Source: a virus. Taken from it: a DNA stretch of 64,000 bases. Shown here piece by piece: positions 26,673 to 36,013 of the stretch (positions are counted from its first letter, which is position 1; every line of letters starts with the position of its first letter). The notes under the pieces were generated by a model, which saw only the letters and a list, made by a program, of their open reading frames with translations, did no database searches and had not been told where the DNA came from. The stretch spans positions 1 through 64,000 of the IMG/VR virus record IMGVR_UViG_3300020152_000002. One strand, given 5' to 3'. Position numbers and translations under genes: made by a program.

Positions 26673-27371
26673 ATGTCCGCTCTCGCCCTCCAATCCGACG
26701 ACTACATGCGCGTCGAACCGCTCGGCCCCGCCGAGAAGGCGGAGATCGTAGACGCGCTCTACAAGCACTTCTCGATGCAGAAGGTCGTCGAAGCCACAGG
26801 CTACGATCTGCGGCGGATTATGACCGCCATCGACGAAGACCCGGAGTTCTCGAACGCCATGGCGCTCGCCGAACGGCACCTGTCGGTGATCGGTGAGGAC
26901 GAGCTTAAGCGCCGCGCGATCCACGGGGTCGATAGCGTCGTGGTCGCCAACGGCCGCGTCGTCTATCAGGTCGTGGACGGCGTTCGCCGCCCGATGGTCG
27001 AGACCAAATACAGCGACGCGCTGCTCAAGACCTATCTCGAAGCCAACCGGCGCGACAAGTTCGGTGCCAAGCTCGAAGTGACCACCACGCACAAGGGCGT
27101 CATCGCCCTGCCTGCGTTCTCGCCCGAGATGATGCAGCTTCTCTTGGCCGATGCCAGAGGGGAGCGCGTCGAACTGATCGTGGATCAGGAGATGGACGCC
27201 GAGGACAAGCCGGAAGTGATCGACGCCGAATACAGCGTCGTCGGGGAAGCCGCCAACACGGACGCCGAGTTCGAGCGCGCCGATGATGAGACGATCCGTC
27301 AGCGCGTCCGGGAGATGACCCGCGAGACGGTCCCGGAGTCGGCCACGGAAGACGGCTTCGACATCCTGTGA
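26673..27371 (+). CDS. terS: terminase small subunit
   Basis: Directly upstream of TerL; ELKRRAIHG...KYSDALL motif; ends EDGFDIL; start re-called at ATG 26673. Confidence 0.8.
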   Translation: MSALALQSDDYMRVEPLGPAEKAEIVDALYKHFSMQKVVEATGYDLRRIMTAIDEDPEFSNAMALAERHLSVIGEDELKRRAIHGVDSVVVANGRVVYQVVDGVRRPMVETKYSDALLKTYLEANRRDKFGAKLEVTTTHKGVIALPAFSPEMMQLLLADARGERVELIVDQEMDAEDKPEVIDAEYSVVGEAANTDAEFERADDETIRQRVREMTRETVPESATEDGFDIL

Positions 27372-28900
27372 AAATCCGGGTCTCGCCAGAGCTATACGCC
27401 GCCTATCAGGCTGCGAAGAAGGCGTTCGACAACGCCGCGTGGCGTCCAAACAGCGTCGCCCAGTGCCTCGCCATCAACTGTCAGGAGCCCGAGCTACTGC
27501 TTGAGGGCAACCGAGGCGGCGGCAAGACGATCACGCTGCTGATGACCTACGCCGTCTACGTCGATAAGGGGTTCGGCGCGGCGTGGCGCGGGATCATCTT
27601 CCGTAACACCTACAAGGCGCTGGAAGACATCATCAACCAGTCCAAAAAAGTGTTCTGGCGCATCTGGCCTGACGCGACCTTCAACGAGACGGAGCGTCTG
27701 TGGCGCTTCCCGAACGGTGAAAGCCTCAAGTTCTCGCAGTTCGCAACTCCCGACGACTATAACACATGGCACGGTCAGGAGTTTCCCTTCATCGGATGGG
27801 AAGAACTGACGAACTATCCGACCGACGCCTGCTATCGGTCGATGATGTCGTGTAACCGCTCTAGCTCGCCGGGCATTCCGAAGATCATCCGCGCGACGAC
27901 CAACCCGTCCGGTCCCGGCAAGCGGTGGGTGAAGAACCGCTGGCAACTGCCGACCATGCGGAACCAGTGTCTCGTCGATCTCAAGGACGAGGACGGTTAC
28001 GAAGTCCCGAACAGGATGTCTCTGCACTTCAAGTTCGAGGACAACCTTGATCTGGTGCGCGTGGACCCGAAATACATGTCGCGGGTGCGGCAGTCGGCGG
28101 CGAACGCCGAAATCCGCAAGGCGTGGGTGGAAGGCGACTGGAACTCGAAGTCGGGCGGGTTCTTCGACGAGTGCTTCGAGCCGTCGATCCACATGATCCC
28201 GAAGTTCGTCATCCCGGAGGGCTGGAAGCTGTTCCGGGCTCTCGACTGGGGCTACAACGCGCCCTACAGCTACGGCGTCTACGCCGAGTGCCCGGAAACC
28301 ACCATCGTCGATCTCGAACCCGAGCGGAAGATCATCAACGGCGTCGCGCACGACATCCCGCGCCAGATGTTGTTCATCAGGGGCGACATCGTGCGGGTGT
28401 TCGAGGACTACGGCTGGGTGCCGACCAGTGGTCAGAACAAAGGCGTCCGGTTGTCACCGGCAGCGGCGGCCGAACGGTTCAAGATGCTCGAAATGAAGTG
28501 GGGCATCCATAAGCTGATCAAGGGCGGCGTCGCCGGGGTCGATCTCTGGAACACGCAGACCGACGACAACGCCCCGATCCACCAGTTCGAGCTACGCGAT
28601 CTCGACATGGACAAGGCAGACGTGAGCCGGGGTAGCCGGAAAGGCGGCCTGATGACGCTCGTCTCCTACCTAGAGAACGCGGTGCCCAAGGCAGTAGACG
28701 GGATGCGTCTTCCGAGGGAGAACCCGGCGCTGTTCTTCATCGAAGCCAACAACGCGCAGGCTCTACGCATCCTCTCCGAGATCACACCCGACCCGGAGAA
28801 CCCCGATGACTTCCACAAGGACGCGGAAGACCATATCATCGACGAAATCCGCTACATTCTGTCCCGGCGGGACCAGTCGGTCAGGCAGCATCACGCCTGA
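27368..28900 (+). CDS. terL: terminase large subunit
   Basis: EGNRGGGKT Walker A, FIGWEEL Walker B, ATTNPSG, ALDWG nuclease, EDHIIDEIRY. Confidence 0.95.
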   Translation: MKIRVSPELYAAYQAAKKAFDNAAWRPNSVAQCLAINCQEPELLLEGNRGGGKTITLLMTYAVYVDKGFGAAWRGIIFRNTYKALEDIINQSKKVFWRIWPDATFNETERLWRFPNGESLKFSQFATPDDYNTWHGQEFPFIGWEELTNYPTDACYRSMMSCNRSSSPGIPKIIRATTNPSGPGKRWVKNRWQLPTMRNQCLVDLKDEDGYEVPNRMSLHFKFEDNLDLVRVDPKYMSRVRQSAANAEIRKAWVEGDWNSKSGGFFDECFEPSIHMIPKFVIPEGWKLFRALDWGYNAPYSYGVYAECPETTIVDLEPERKIINGVAHDIPRQMLFIRGDIVRVFEDYGWVPTSGQNKGVRLSPAAAAERFKMLEMKWGIHKLIKGGVAGVDLWNTQTDDNAPIHQFELRDLDMDKADVSRGSRKGGLMTLVSYLENAVPKAVDGMRLPRENPALFFIEANNAQALRILSEITPDPENPDDFHKDAEDHIIDEIRYILSRRDQSVRQHHA

Positions 28901-28954
28901 TCAGCGTGACGGCGGCTTGAAAACCCATCCACCCCTCGCGTAGGCTCCCCGCCC

Positions 28955-30514
28955 ATGGCCCGACAACCCAAGTCCGTCGTAGACAATGCCCGGAGGCAGG
29001 CCCGCCAGACCAAGGCGGCGCTGGACCCCTCCACGCCTTCGCTCGACTACAAGGCGCTGCAAGGCGACTGGAACCTGATCTCGACGGTGCTGGGCGGCAC
29101 GAAGTCGATGCGCGCGGCCGGGAAGTCCCTGCTGCCGCAGCACGAAGGCGAGAGCGATCTGCGCTACAAGGATCGCCTGAACAGCGCCACCTTCACGAAC
29201 TACACGGCGCTGACGCTCGATCACTGGTGCGGCAAGCCGTTCTCGAAGCCCGCCGTCATCTCGAAGGACAGCGACCCCGACATCATCAAACTAGCGGCCG
29301 ACATCGACCTGTGTGGCTCCGAACTGACGGTGGTCCTGAAAGACTGGTTCACGAAGGGCATGGCGAAGCGCCGTGCCTACTGCCTCGTCGAGTATCCGAA
29401 GGTGCCGGATCACATTCGGGCTCGCGGCGTGACCTTGGCCGACGAACAGCGTCTCAATCTGCGCCCTTACTGGGTGATCATCCCGGCGGAGGCGATGATC
29501 GCGCCCCGCAAGGAGCGGGTGAACGGCGAAGACATCTTCACGAACGTCCGCTTCTACGACAACGAGACCTACTACGACGGTTTCGAGGAAAAGGTGCGGG
29601 TCCGCATCCGCGAGATCGAACGTGCGGTCCTCGAACGCGACGAGTTCGGCGACGAAGTGAGCGTCGTCGTGCGGACGCGCCTTCACGTCAAGAAGGATCG
29701 CAACGAGTGGGACACGAAGGACTGGGAAACGGTCGATGCGCCGGATAACCTGATCACGCTCGTCGAGTTCGACACCGGCAAGCTCGAACTGCTCGATCTC
29801 GCCTACCTGAACATCACGCACTGGCAGTCGGCGTCGGATCAACGCAACTGCCTGACCACCGCGCGCTTCCCGATCCTCGCGGCCAAGGGCGTCGCGGCGG
29901 ATACGGTCGTGACCATCGGCCCCTACGCCTTCCTCGCGTCGAAGGACTCGAACAGCGAGTTCTACTACGTCGAGCACGGAGGCGCGGCGCTGGACGCCGG
30001 GCAGACCGATCTCGACAAGCTCACCGAAGACATGGCGCTCTACGGGGCGGAGATGCTGAAACAGCGTCCCGACCGGGAGACCGCAACATCTCGGGTTCTG
30101 GACCAAGCAGAAAACACAGCCCCCTTGCAGGTGCATGTGTTCAACTTCATCAGCGCCGTCAACATGGCGCTGTATTACACCGCTCGTTGGCTGGACAAGC
30201 CCGAGAACACGGTGGCGCGCATCGAGATGGATACTGACTTTGCGCTGTCGGCGGAAGCGACGCAAAAAGTCGATCACTTGAAGGAACTTCGCAAGTCGGG
30301 GGACATTTCACGCAAGCAACTTCTCACTGGCATGAAAGAGGCCAAGGCTCTGCCCGACAGCTTCGACATCACCGCCAATGAGTCGGAGCTTGACGCGGAA
30401 GCCGATGCCAAGGCCACAAAGGCGGCGGACGCGGCGAAGAAGCTGGCAGCCGCCAGTCCACCCAAACCCGCTCCGGGTAGTCCGGGCGGGAAGACCCCGG
30501 AGAAAGACCAATGA
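28955..30514 (+). CDS. portal protein (DUF4055-like)
   Basis: After TerL; LPQHEGES..Y..RL..A.F.NYT, RPYW, LDLAYLNITHWQSASD. Confidence 0.9.
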   Translation: MARQPKSVVDNARRQARQTKAALDPSTPSLDYKALQGDWNLISTVLGGTKSMRAAGKSLLPQHEGESDLRYKDRLNSATFTNYTALTLDHWCGKPFSKPAVISKDSDPDIIKLAADIDLCGSELTVVLKDWFTKGMAKRRAYCLVEYPKVPDHIRARGVTLADEQRLNLRPYWVIIPAEAMIAPRKERVNGEDIFTNVRFYDNETYYDGFEEKVRVRIREIERAVLERDEFGDEVSVVVRTRLHVKKDRNEWDTKDWETVDAPDNLITLVEFDTGKLELLDLAYLNITHWQSASDQRNCLTTARFPILAAKGVAADTVVTIGPYAFLASKDSNSEFYYVEHGGAALDAGQTDLDKLTEDMALYGAEMLKQRPDRETATSRVLDQAENTAPLQVHVFNFISAVNMALYYTARWLDKPENTVARIEMDTDFALSAEATQKVDHLKELRKSGDISRKQLLTGMKEAKALPDSFDITANESELDAEADAKATKAADAAKKLAAASPPKPAPGSPGGKTPEKDQ

Positions 30515-31194
30515 ACAAGACCCCCTACGTCGGCATGACTGTCGTCGTCCATGATCGCGGCCGTCCGCAGGCCGGGCGCGATGTCCACCCCGCCATCATC
30601 ACGCAGGTCGTGAACGAAGGTGCGGGCACCATCGCCGTCCGCGTCCTGCCCGAACAGGGCGTGGACTACCCGATCAAGGCCATCAACTACATGCACGGCG
30701 ACGCCTACATGGAGGGCCTGTCGTGGCGCTGGCCCGAAGACCCGTCCAAGGTCCAGACCGGCGCTGGCGAGGCCCGCACCCCGGCTCCGCAGGACGTGGC
30801 GGCCCCGACGCCGGGCGACCACGAGCCCCGCACCGTCGCCGGGAAGGAAGTCGCCAAGCCGGGCGACGCTCCGCAGGCCGGTCAGTCCAGCGACGTGACG
30901 GGCGAAGGCTCGCTCGCGGCGCAGGACGGCAACGCCGACGCGGCGGAAGGGGAGGGCGGCGACGATCCGTTCGCCAACCTGACCGACACCCCGCAGGACG
31001 GCAAGAAGCCCGCTGACGGTGCCGACAGCGCCTCGGTCGCCAACGCGGCCGGGAACGTCGCCGACACCGCCGCCGGAGCCGACGCCAACACGTCCGACGC
31101 GACGAAGGGCAGCCTGACGGCCGCCTCGGAAGGCGCGCAGAAGGCGGGCGACAAGGCCGCCGACAAGAAGGACGACGGCAAGAAGGCCAAGTAA
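30511..31194 (+). CDS. small beta domain plus disordered tail
   Basis: PYVG..V...PAIITQV...SWRWP, then an acidic/Ala tail with DDPFANL. Confidence 0.8.
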   Translation: MNKTPYVGMTVVVHDRGRPQAGRDVHPAIITQVVNEGAGTIAVRVLPEQGVDYPIKAINYMHGDAYMEGLSWRWPEDPSKVQTGAGEARTPAPQDVAAPTPGDHEPRTVAGKEVAKPGDAPQAGQSSDVTGEGSLAAQDGNADAAEGEGGDDPFANLTDTPQDGKKPADGADSASVANAAGNVADTAAGADANTSDATKGSLTAASEGAQKAGDKAADKKDDGKKAK

Positions 31195-31205
31195 GCGTCT
31201 CGGAA

Positions 31206-31233
31206 GGCCGTCCCGGTTAGCGCCGGGACGGCC
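31206..31233 (+). terminator. intergenic hairpin
   Basis: GGCCGTCCCGG-TTAGCG-CCGGGACGGCC; no U-tract. Confidence 0.45.
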
Positions 31234-31257
31234 GACCACCCTCACGAGGACATCACC

Positions 31258-31446
31258 ATGGACCGTCTGGTTCGCATCATCTTTCTCATCGTTCTTCTCG
31301 CCGTCATCGCCCTGTGTATCTGGCTACCGTCGCTGCTGCCGATGAACTGGCGCGCGGTCATCGGGTGGATCACGCTGTCCGGGGTCGGTATCGCGGCGGT
31401 GATCCTTCTCGTCGCGTGGAGCTACGCGACAGCCATGCGGTCATAG
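31258..31446 (+). CDS. two-TM protein, holin candidate
   Basis: GAGGA RBS; two TMs; directly upstream of the endolysin. Confidence 0.6.
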   Translation: MDRLVRIIFLIVLLAVIALCIWLPSLLPMNWRAVIGWITLSGVGIAAVILLVAWSYATAMRS

Positions 31447-31455
31447 GAGCCGACC

Positions 31456-32061
31456 ATGAACCTGAACCCATTCGCAAACTGGAAAGCCCCCGGCGCGGCG
31501 AACGCCGTCCCCGGTGAAGGCCAGAAGGTCAATCCGGCCGCGCCGTTCGCAGCGGCCTATTGGATCGCGTGGGCGCTGCTGCAAGTCGGCACCCGTGAGA
31601 TCGTCGGCCCGCGCCACTCCCCCGTCATCATGGGCTGGATCAGGGAACTCGGCGCGAAGGCGCTGGGCATTCAGGTCAACGACGACGAGACGCCGTGGTG
31701 CGGCACATTCGCCGCCATGGTGATGAAGATGGCGAGGCTGTCCATTCCGGCCATCGCCGTGAGAGCGTCCCAGTGGGGCAGGGCTGGAAACTGGGGCCGC
31801 GAACTGCTGGCACCGCGTCCGGGCTGCATCATGGTCTTCACGCGCAACGGCGGCGGTCACGTCGGCTTCTACATGGGGGAGACCCGGACGCACTTCCGCA
31901 TTCTCGGCGGCAATCAGTCCAACAGCGTCAGCGAGACGTGGATCGCCAAGGATCGCTTGGCCGAAGGTGGGATGCGCTGGCCCAAGGGTGTGCCCCTGCC
32001 CGCCGCGCATCGCATCCATCTCAAGAGCGACGGCAAGCCCGCTTCGACCAACGAAGCGTAA
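31456..32061 (+). CDS. endolysin, TIGR02594/NlpC-P60-like peptidase
   Basis: DDETPWCG..GHVGFY..LGGNQSNSV. Confidence 0.88.
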   Translation: MNLNPFANWKAPGAANAVPGEGQKVNPAAPFAAAYWIAWALLQVGTREIVGPRHSPVIMGWIRELGAKALGIQVNDDETPWCGTFAAMVMKMARLSIPAIAVRASQWGRAGNWGRELLAPRPGCIMVFTRNGGGHVGFYMGETRTHFRILGGNQSNSVSETWIAKDRLAEGGMRWPKGVPLPAAHRIHLKSDGKPASTNEA

Positions 32062-32158
32062 AAGCCCTCTCGACAGATGCGGCCCTAGTCGTCTAGGGTC
32101 GCATCACTTCATTCACCACCCCCGTTACGCACGGTTCAGATCAGGGTAAGCACTCCCC

Positions 32159-32980
32159 ATGGAAGACTTCTACTTCGAGGACAACGCGGAACTCCCGGAG
32201 GCGGAGTTCGAGAGCAAAGTCCCGGCGGACTTCCGCTTCGCCTACACGAAGGGCGACGGCGGCACCTACAAGCTGAACGACCAATACGCCGCCGCCGCCA
32301 AGCTGATCGACGGCCGGGGTCGGACGCTCAAGCAGGCGAAGGCCACGAACCAGTCGGTCGGCCTCGAAAGCAAGCAGCGCCGCGAAACCCTCGAAAAGTG
32401 GGCCGCCGAGACCGGCTTCGAGTCGCCGGAAGCGGCGAAGGAAGCCATCGCCGCCATGCAGGAGAAGATCAACTCCAAGTCGGCGATCAAGCCGGAGGAA
32501 GTTCGCGCCGCCATCGAGAAGGAGTTCACCGGCAAGCTCGAAGCGTCCGAGAAGAAGGCGGAAGCCATGTTCTCGACGCTGGAAAAGCACCTGCGCGACA
32601 AGGACGCCCTGTCGGCCATCGCCGAGCACAAGGGCAACGCGAAGCTGCTGATGCCGCTGATCCTCGCGCAGACCAAGGTCGTGCAGGACGAAGACACCGG
32701 GGAGTATTTCACCGCTGTCCTGAACGCGAAGGGCGAAGTCCGCGCCGGAGCGGACGGCGGCCCGCTGTCCATCAGCAAGCTCGTCGCCGAGATGAAGGAA
32801 GACAAGGACTTGGCGTCCGCCTTCGAGGGCTCGCAGAAGAACGGTGGCGGCACCGATCCGAAGCAGCAGCAACAGCGCGGCCCGCATCAGCCGACCAACC
32901 AGCAGCGTCGGGAAGGCGGCGAAGATCGCGCCCAGCGCGGCATCAGCAAGATCAGCGCGGGGCTCGCGCAACGCCGCTGA
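32159..32980 (+). CDS. capsid scaffolding protein
   Basis: Charged helical protein immediately before the capsid gene; ends KISAGL. Confidence 0.8.
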   Translation: MEDFYFEDNAELPEAEFESKVPADFRFAYTKGDGGTYKLNDQYAAAAKLIDGRGRTLKQAKATNQSVGLESKQRRETLEKWAAETGFESPEAAKEAIAAMQEKINSKSAIKPEEVRAAIEKEFTGKLEASEKKAEAMFSTLEKHLRDKDALSAIAEHKGNAKLLMPLILAQTKVVQDEDTGEYFTAVLNAKGEVRAGADGGPLSISKLVAEMKEDKDLASAFEGSQKNGGGTDPKQQQQRGPHQPTNQQRREGGEDRAQRGISKISAGLAQRR

Positions 32981-33046
32981 TCGAGGCTTGACGGCAAAAT
33001 CGTTAACGAGCCGACTTGAAAACGGCCGTTAACCATGACAAGGATC

Positions 33047-33078
33047 AGGGCGCGCTCACAACGCGCCCTGTTTCGTTT
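33047..33078 (+). terminator. hairpin/terminator in the capsid leader
   Basis: CAGGGCGCG...CGCGCCCTG-TTTCGTTT. Confidence 0.55.
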
Positions 33079-33079
33079 C

Positions 33080-33129
33080 CGGGGGGATACCCGGCGCAGG
33101 GAGCGGGACGGCACGGGGGGATACCCGGC
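33080..33129 (+). repeat. 16-nt direct repeat in the capsid leader
   Basis: CGGGGGGATACCCGGC at 33080 and 33114. Confidence 0.8.
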
Positions 33130-33173
33130 ATGTCCACAAGAGCGGTGAAAACCCCTTTCTGTGGAGACATCCC

Positions 33174-34115
33174 ATGGCGTCCGTGACGCTCGAAGAAGCC
33201 GGTAAGCTGGCGGAAGACCAACTCGTTCAAGGCGTGATCGAGGAAATCATCGACTCGAACCCCATGTTCGAGATTTTCCCGTTCGAGGGCATCGACGGCA
33301 ACTCGCTGGCCTTCAACCGCGAGAACACGCTGGGCGACGTGCAGGTGCTCGGCGTCGGCGGCACCATCACCGCCAAGAACCCCGCGACGTTCACCCGCGT
33401 CAACGCCAACCTGACCACGATCCTCGGCGACGCCGAAGTCAACGGCCTCATTCAGGCCACCCGGTCGGGCAACGTGGACCAGAAGGCGCAGCAGATCGCG
33501 TCCAAGGCCAAGTCGGCGGCCCGCAAGTATCAGGACATGATGATCAACGGCACCGGCGTCGGTGACGAGTTCGTCGGCCTGCGCGGTCTGGTCGCCAACA
33601 GCCAGAAGGTCAACGCCAAGACGGCGGGCGACGACACGAACGGCGGCGTCCTGACGTTCGAGCTTCTCGACGAACTGCTGGACATGATCAAGGACAAGGA
33701 CAGCCGTCCCGACTTCCTGATGATGTCGGCGCGTGAACGCCGTCGCGTTCAGCAACTCCTGCGCGCCATGGGCGGTGCGTCTCCGGCCGATGTCTACACG
33801 ATGCCGTCCGGCGAGCAGATCATCGCCTACAACAACGTCCCCATCTTCATCAACGACTACATCCCGACGAACCTGACGCGCGGCAACCGTTCGGACGCCT
33901 CGGTCATCTTCGCCGGGACGTGGGACGACGGCTCGCTGACCCACGGCATCTCGGGCCTGACCGCCCGGAACGCGGCGGGCATCAGCATCGTGGAAGTCGG
34001 CCAGTCCGAGACCAAGGACGAGGAAATCACCCGCGTCCGCTGGTATTGCGGGATGGCGAACTTCTCGCAGAAGGGCCTCGCCATGCTGCAATACGTCGTG
34101 CCGCCGACCAGCTAA
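33174..34115 (+). CDS. major capsid protein
   Basis: MASVTLEEA..LV.GVIE.I...PF.GI.GN...ILGDAEV...ITRVRWYCG; YuA-like capsid; GGAGA RBS. Confidence 0.92.
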   Translation: MASVTLEEAGKLAEDQLVQGVIEEIIDSNPMFEIFPFEGIDGNSLAFNRENTLGDVQVLGVGGTITAKNPATFTRVNANLTTILGDAEVNGLIQATRSGNVDQKAQQIASKAKSAARKYQDMMINGTGVGDEFVGLRGLVANSQKVNAKTAGDDTNGGVLTFELLDELLDMIKDKDSRPDFLMMSARERRRVQQLLRAMGGASPADVYTMPSGEQIIAYNNVPIFINDYIPTNLTRGNRSDASVIFAGTWDDGSLTHGISGLTARNAAGISIVEVGQSETKDEEITRVRWYCGMANFSQKGLAMLQYVVPPTS

Positions 34116-34225
34116 GGCGGCTTGCGCCCACGGCGGGTCTGGCCCTATGGTCAGGCCCGCCGCTCGGGCGTTCTTTCGCGTTCGTGTAGGCTTTCAACCA
34201 ACCCTCATTGAGAGAGGCACCAGAG

Positions 34226-34810
34226 ATGGCCCTGTTCAAAGTGGTTCTGCAAAGCGGAGCCTTCACGACGCTGGGCGGCAACAACGCCATGATCGTCGAA
34301 GCGGACAACGCCGCCGACGCCAAGGCCGCCGCCATGAACTATTCCGGCGACGACGCCGCCCCGTGGGATCAGGCGGTCGCCACCGAGATCACCCCCGACG
34401 CCACCTTCGCCGGGCTCCGGCTCGAAGTCCGCATCACGGCGGATGCGGACAACGGCTTCGACGAAGACGTGGTGATCGACTACACCGTGCCGGAAGGCGC
34501 GTCCGCCGATACCGTCGATGAGATCGGCGCGCTGCTGGTGGCGGAGATGAACGCTCACGCCGATCTGGCGGGCGTCACCTACACGTCGGGCTCCGACACC
34601 GTGACCATCGTGGAGGCCAACAACGTCGGCCTGTCCGCAATCTCCGCCAAGGTCTACGCGACCGGCGCGGCCGGTGAATACGAAGTCACCGGCATGGCCC
34701 CCACGGTCGGCGCGGTCGGTCTCGACGCCTCGTCGGATCGCACCATCGTCCTGACCCCGCTGGGCAACGGCCGTCCGGTCGTCGTCACCGGCTACAAGAC
34801 GGGCATCTGA
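34226..34810 (+). CDS. putative capsid decoration protein
   Basis: Follows the capsid gene; Ala/Thr/Val-rich; start re-called after GAGAGG. Confidence 0.7.
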   Translation: MALFKVVLQSGAFTTLGGNNAMIVEADNAADAKAAAMNYSGDDAAPWDQAVATEITPDATFAGLRLEVRITADADNGFDEDVVIDYTVPEGASADTVDEIGALLVAEMNAHADLAGVTYTSGSDTVTIVEANNVGLSAISAKVYATGAAGEYEVTGMAPTVGAVGLDASSDRTIVLTPLGNGRPVVVTGYKTGI

Positions 34811-34818
34811 TACTGCCC

Positions 34819-35466
34819 ATGAAAGCCGAGAACCAATCCATGCTGATCGCGGAAGCGCAAGGTCAGCAGACAATCCAAGCCCTGTTCATGCAGACCGGGC
34901 CGAAGGAACAGGGCGTCATTCTCAACTGCCAGTTCGAGCGCGACCCGGAAGACGGCAAGCTCTACTACGTCTTCACCGGGACGGCCGATCACTACATGCA
35001 GTTCCGGTCGCTGATGGCCGACTACGCCGTCCGGCCGGTCCACGAGATCGAGGGCCACCGCCTGAACCCGAAGACGCACGAGGCCGCCGCCCAAGAAGCG
35101 GGCGAGGCCGCGCCGGTCGTGGACACCGCCCCGGCGGAGTCGAAGTCGGCGGCCGACACGGGCGACAACCCGCCGGAGCTTTCCGCCACCGAAGGCGAGA
35201 TCGTCCGGCCCGAAGGAGACGCCGATGTCGCATCGGTTCACAGTCCCGGCCAACCTGCCGACAGCGGGCAATCCTCGCCCGCTCCGGGTGGTGAAGCCAG
35301 CGGGGCCAGCGCCGGGGATCACGCTGATGACCGGAGCGGACATGCTGGGGAACCCGGAGCTTCGGATCGGGGTGCCGGGGGAGAAGCCGCCGCCGCGAAC
35401 GGTGCTGGCACCGTCAGCGGAGAAGTGAAGCCGGGCTCGGCGAGCGATCCGTTCGCTGACCTTTAA
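34819..35466 (+). CDS. hypothetical protein with an acidic disordered tail
   Basis: 215 aa; ends ASDPFADL. Confidence 0.8.
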   Translation: MKAENQSMLIAEAQGQQTIQALFMQTGPKEQGVILNCQFERDPEDGKLYYVFTGTADHYMQFRSLMADYAVRPVHEIEGHRLNPKTHEAAAQEAGEAAPVVDTAPAESKSAADTGDNPPELSATEGEIVRPEGDADVASVHSPGQPADSGQSSPAPGGEASGASAGDHADDRSGHAGEPGASDRGAGGEAAAANGAGTVSGEVKPGSASDPFADL

Positions 35467-35496
35467 CGCAGTCCTGAACACAGAGGGAGAAGGCCG

Positions 35497-35913
35497 ATGG
35501 CCTCGCTGATCTACAACAAGGCCATCGACGCGCTGGTTCGCGCAGGCATCAACTTCGCGTCGGACACCTTCAAGGTGATGCTGGTCACGTCCAGCTACAC
35601 GCCGAACAAGGACACCCACGAGGATCGCGCCGACGTGACCAACGAAGTCACCGGCACCGGCTACACCGCCGGGGGCGTCGCCACGACTCCGACGATCACG
35701 CTGGACACGACCAACGACCGGGTGGACATCACCTTCTCGAACGTCTCGTGGGCCTCGGCGACCATCACCGCTCGGGCGGCCGTGATCTACAAGTCCACGG
35801 GCACCGCCGCGAACGACACCCTGATCGCCTATGTGGACTTCGGCAGCGACGTGTCCTCGACCAACGCCGCCTTCGCCGTCACCTTCTCGTCGGCGCTGCG
35901 GTTCCAGAACTGA
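35497..35913 (+). CDS. small virion fibre/filament subunit-like protein
   Basis: DTFKVMLVTSSY...NEVTGTGYTAGG...TITARAAVIY; GAGGGAG RBS. Confidence 0.75.
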   Translation: MASLIYNKAIDALVRAGINFASDTFKVMLVTSSYTPNKDTHEDRADVTNEVTGTGYTAGGVATTPTITLDTTNDRVDITFSNVSWASATITARAAVIYKSTGTAANDTLIAYVDFGSDVSSTNAAFAVTFSSALRFQN

Positions 35914-35946
35914 TCTAGCTTTCTCGGTTCCGGCCGGGATACGATG

Positions 35947-35985
35947 AAGGCGGGTAGGCTCCAATCGGGCTTGCCCGCCTTTTTC
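35947..35985 (+). terminator. intrinsic terminator
   Basis: AAGGCGGGTAGGCTC-CAATC-GGGCTTGCCCGCCTT-TTT. Confidence 0.7.
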
Positions 35986-36013
35986 ATTCACGCATCAGCA
36001 TAGGGAGAGCATC

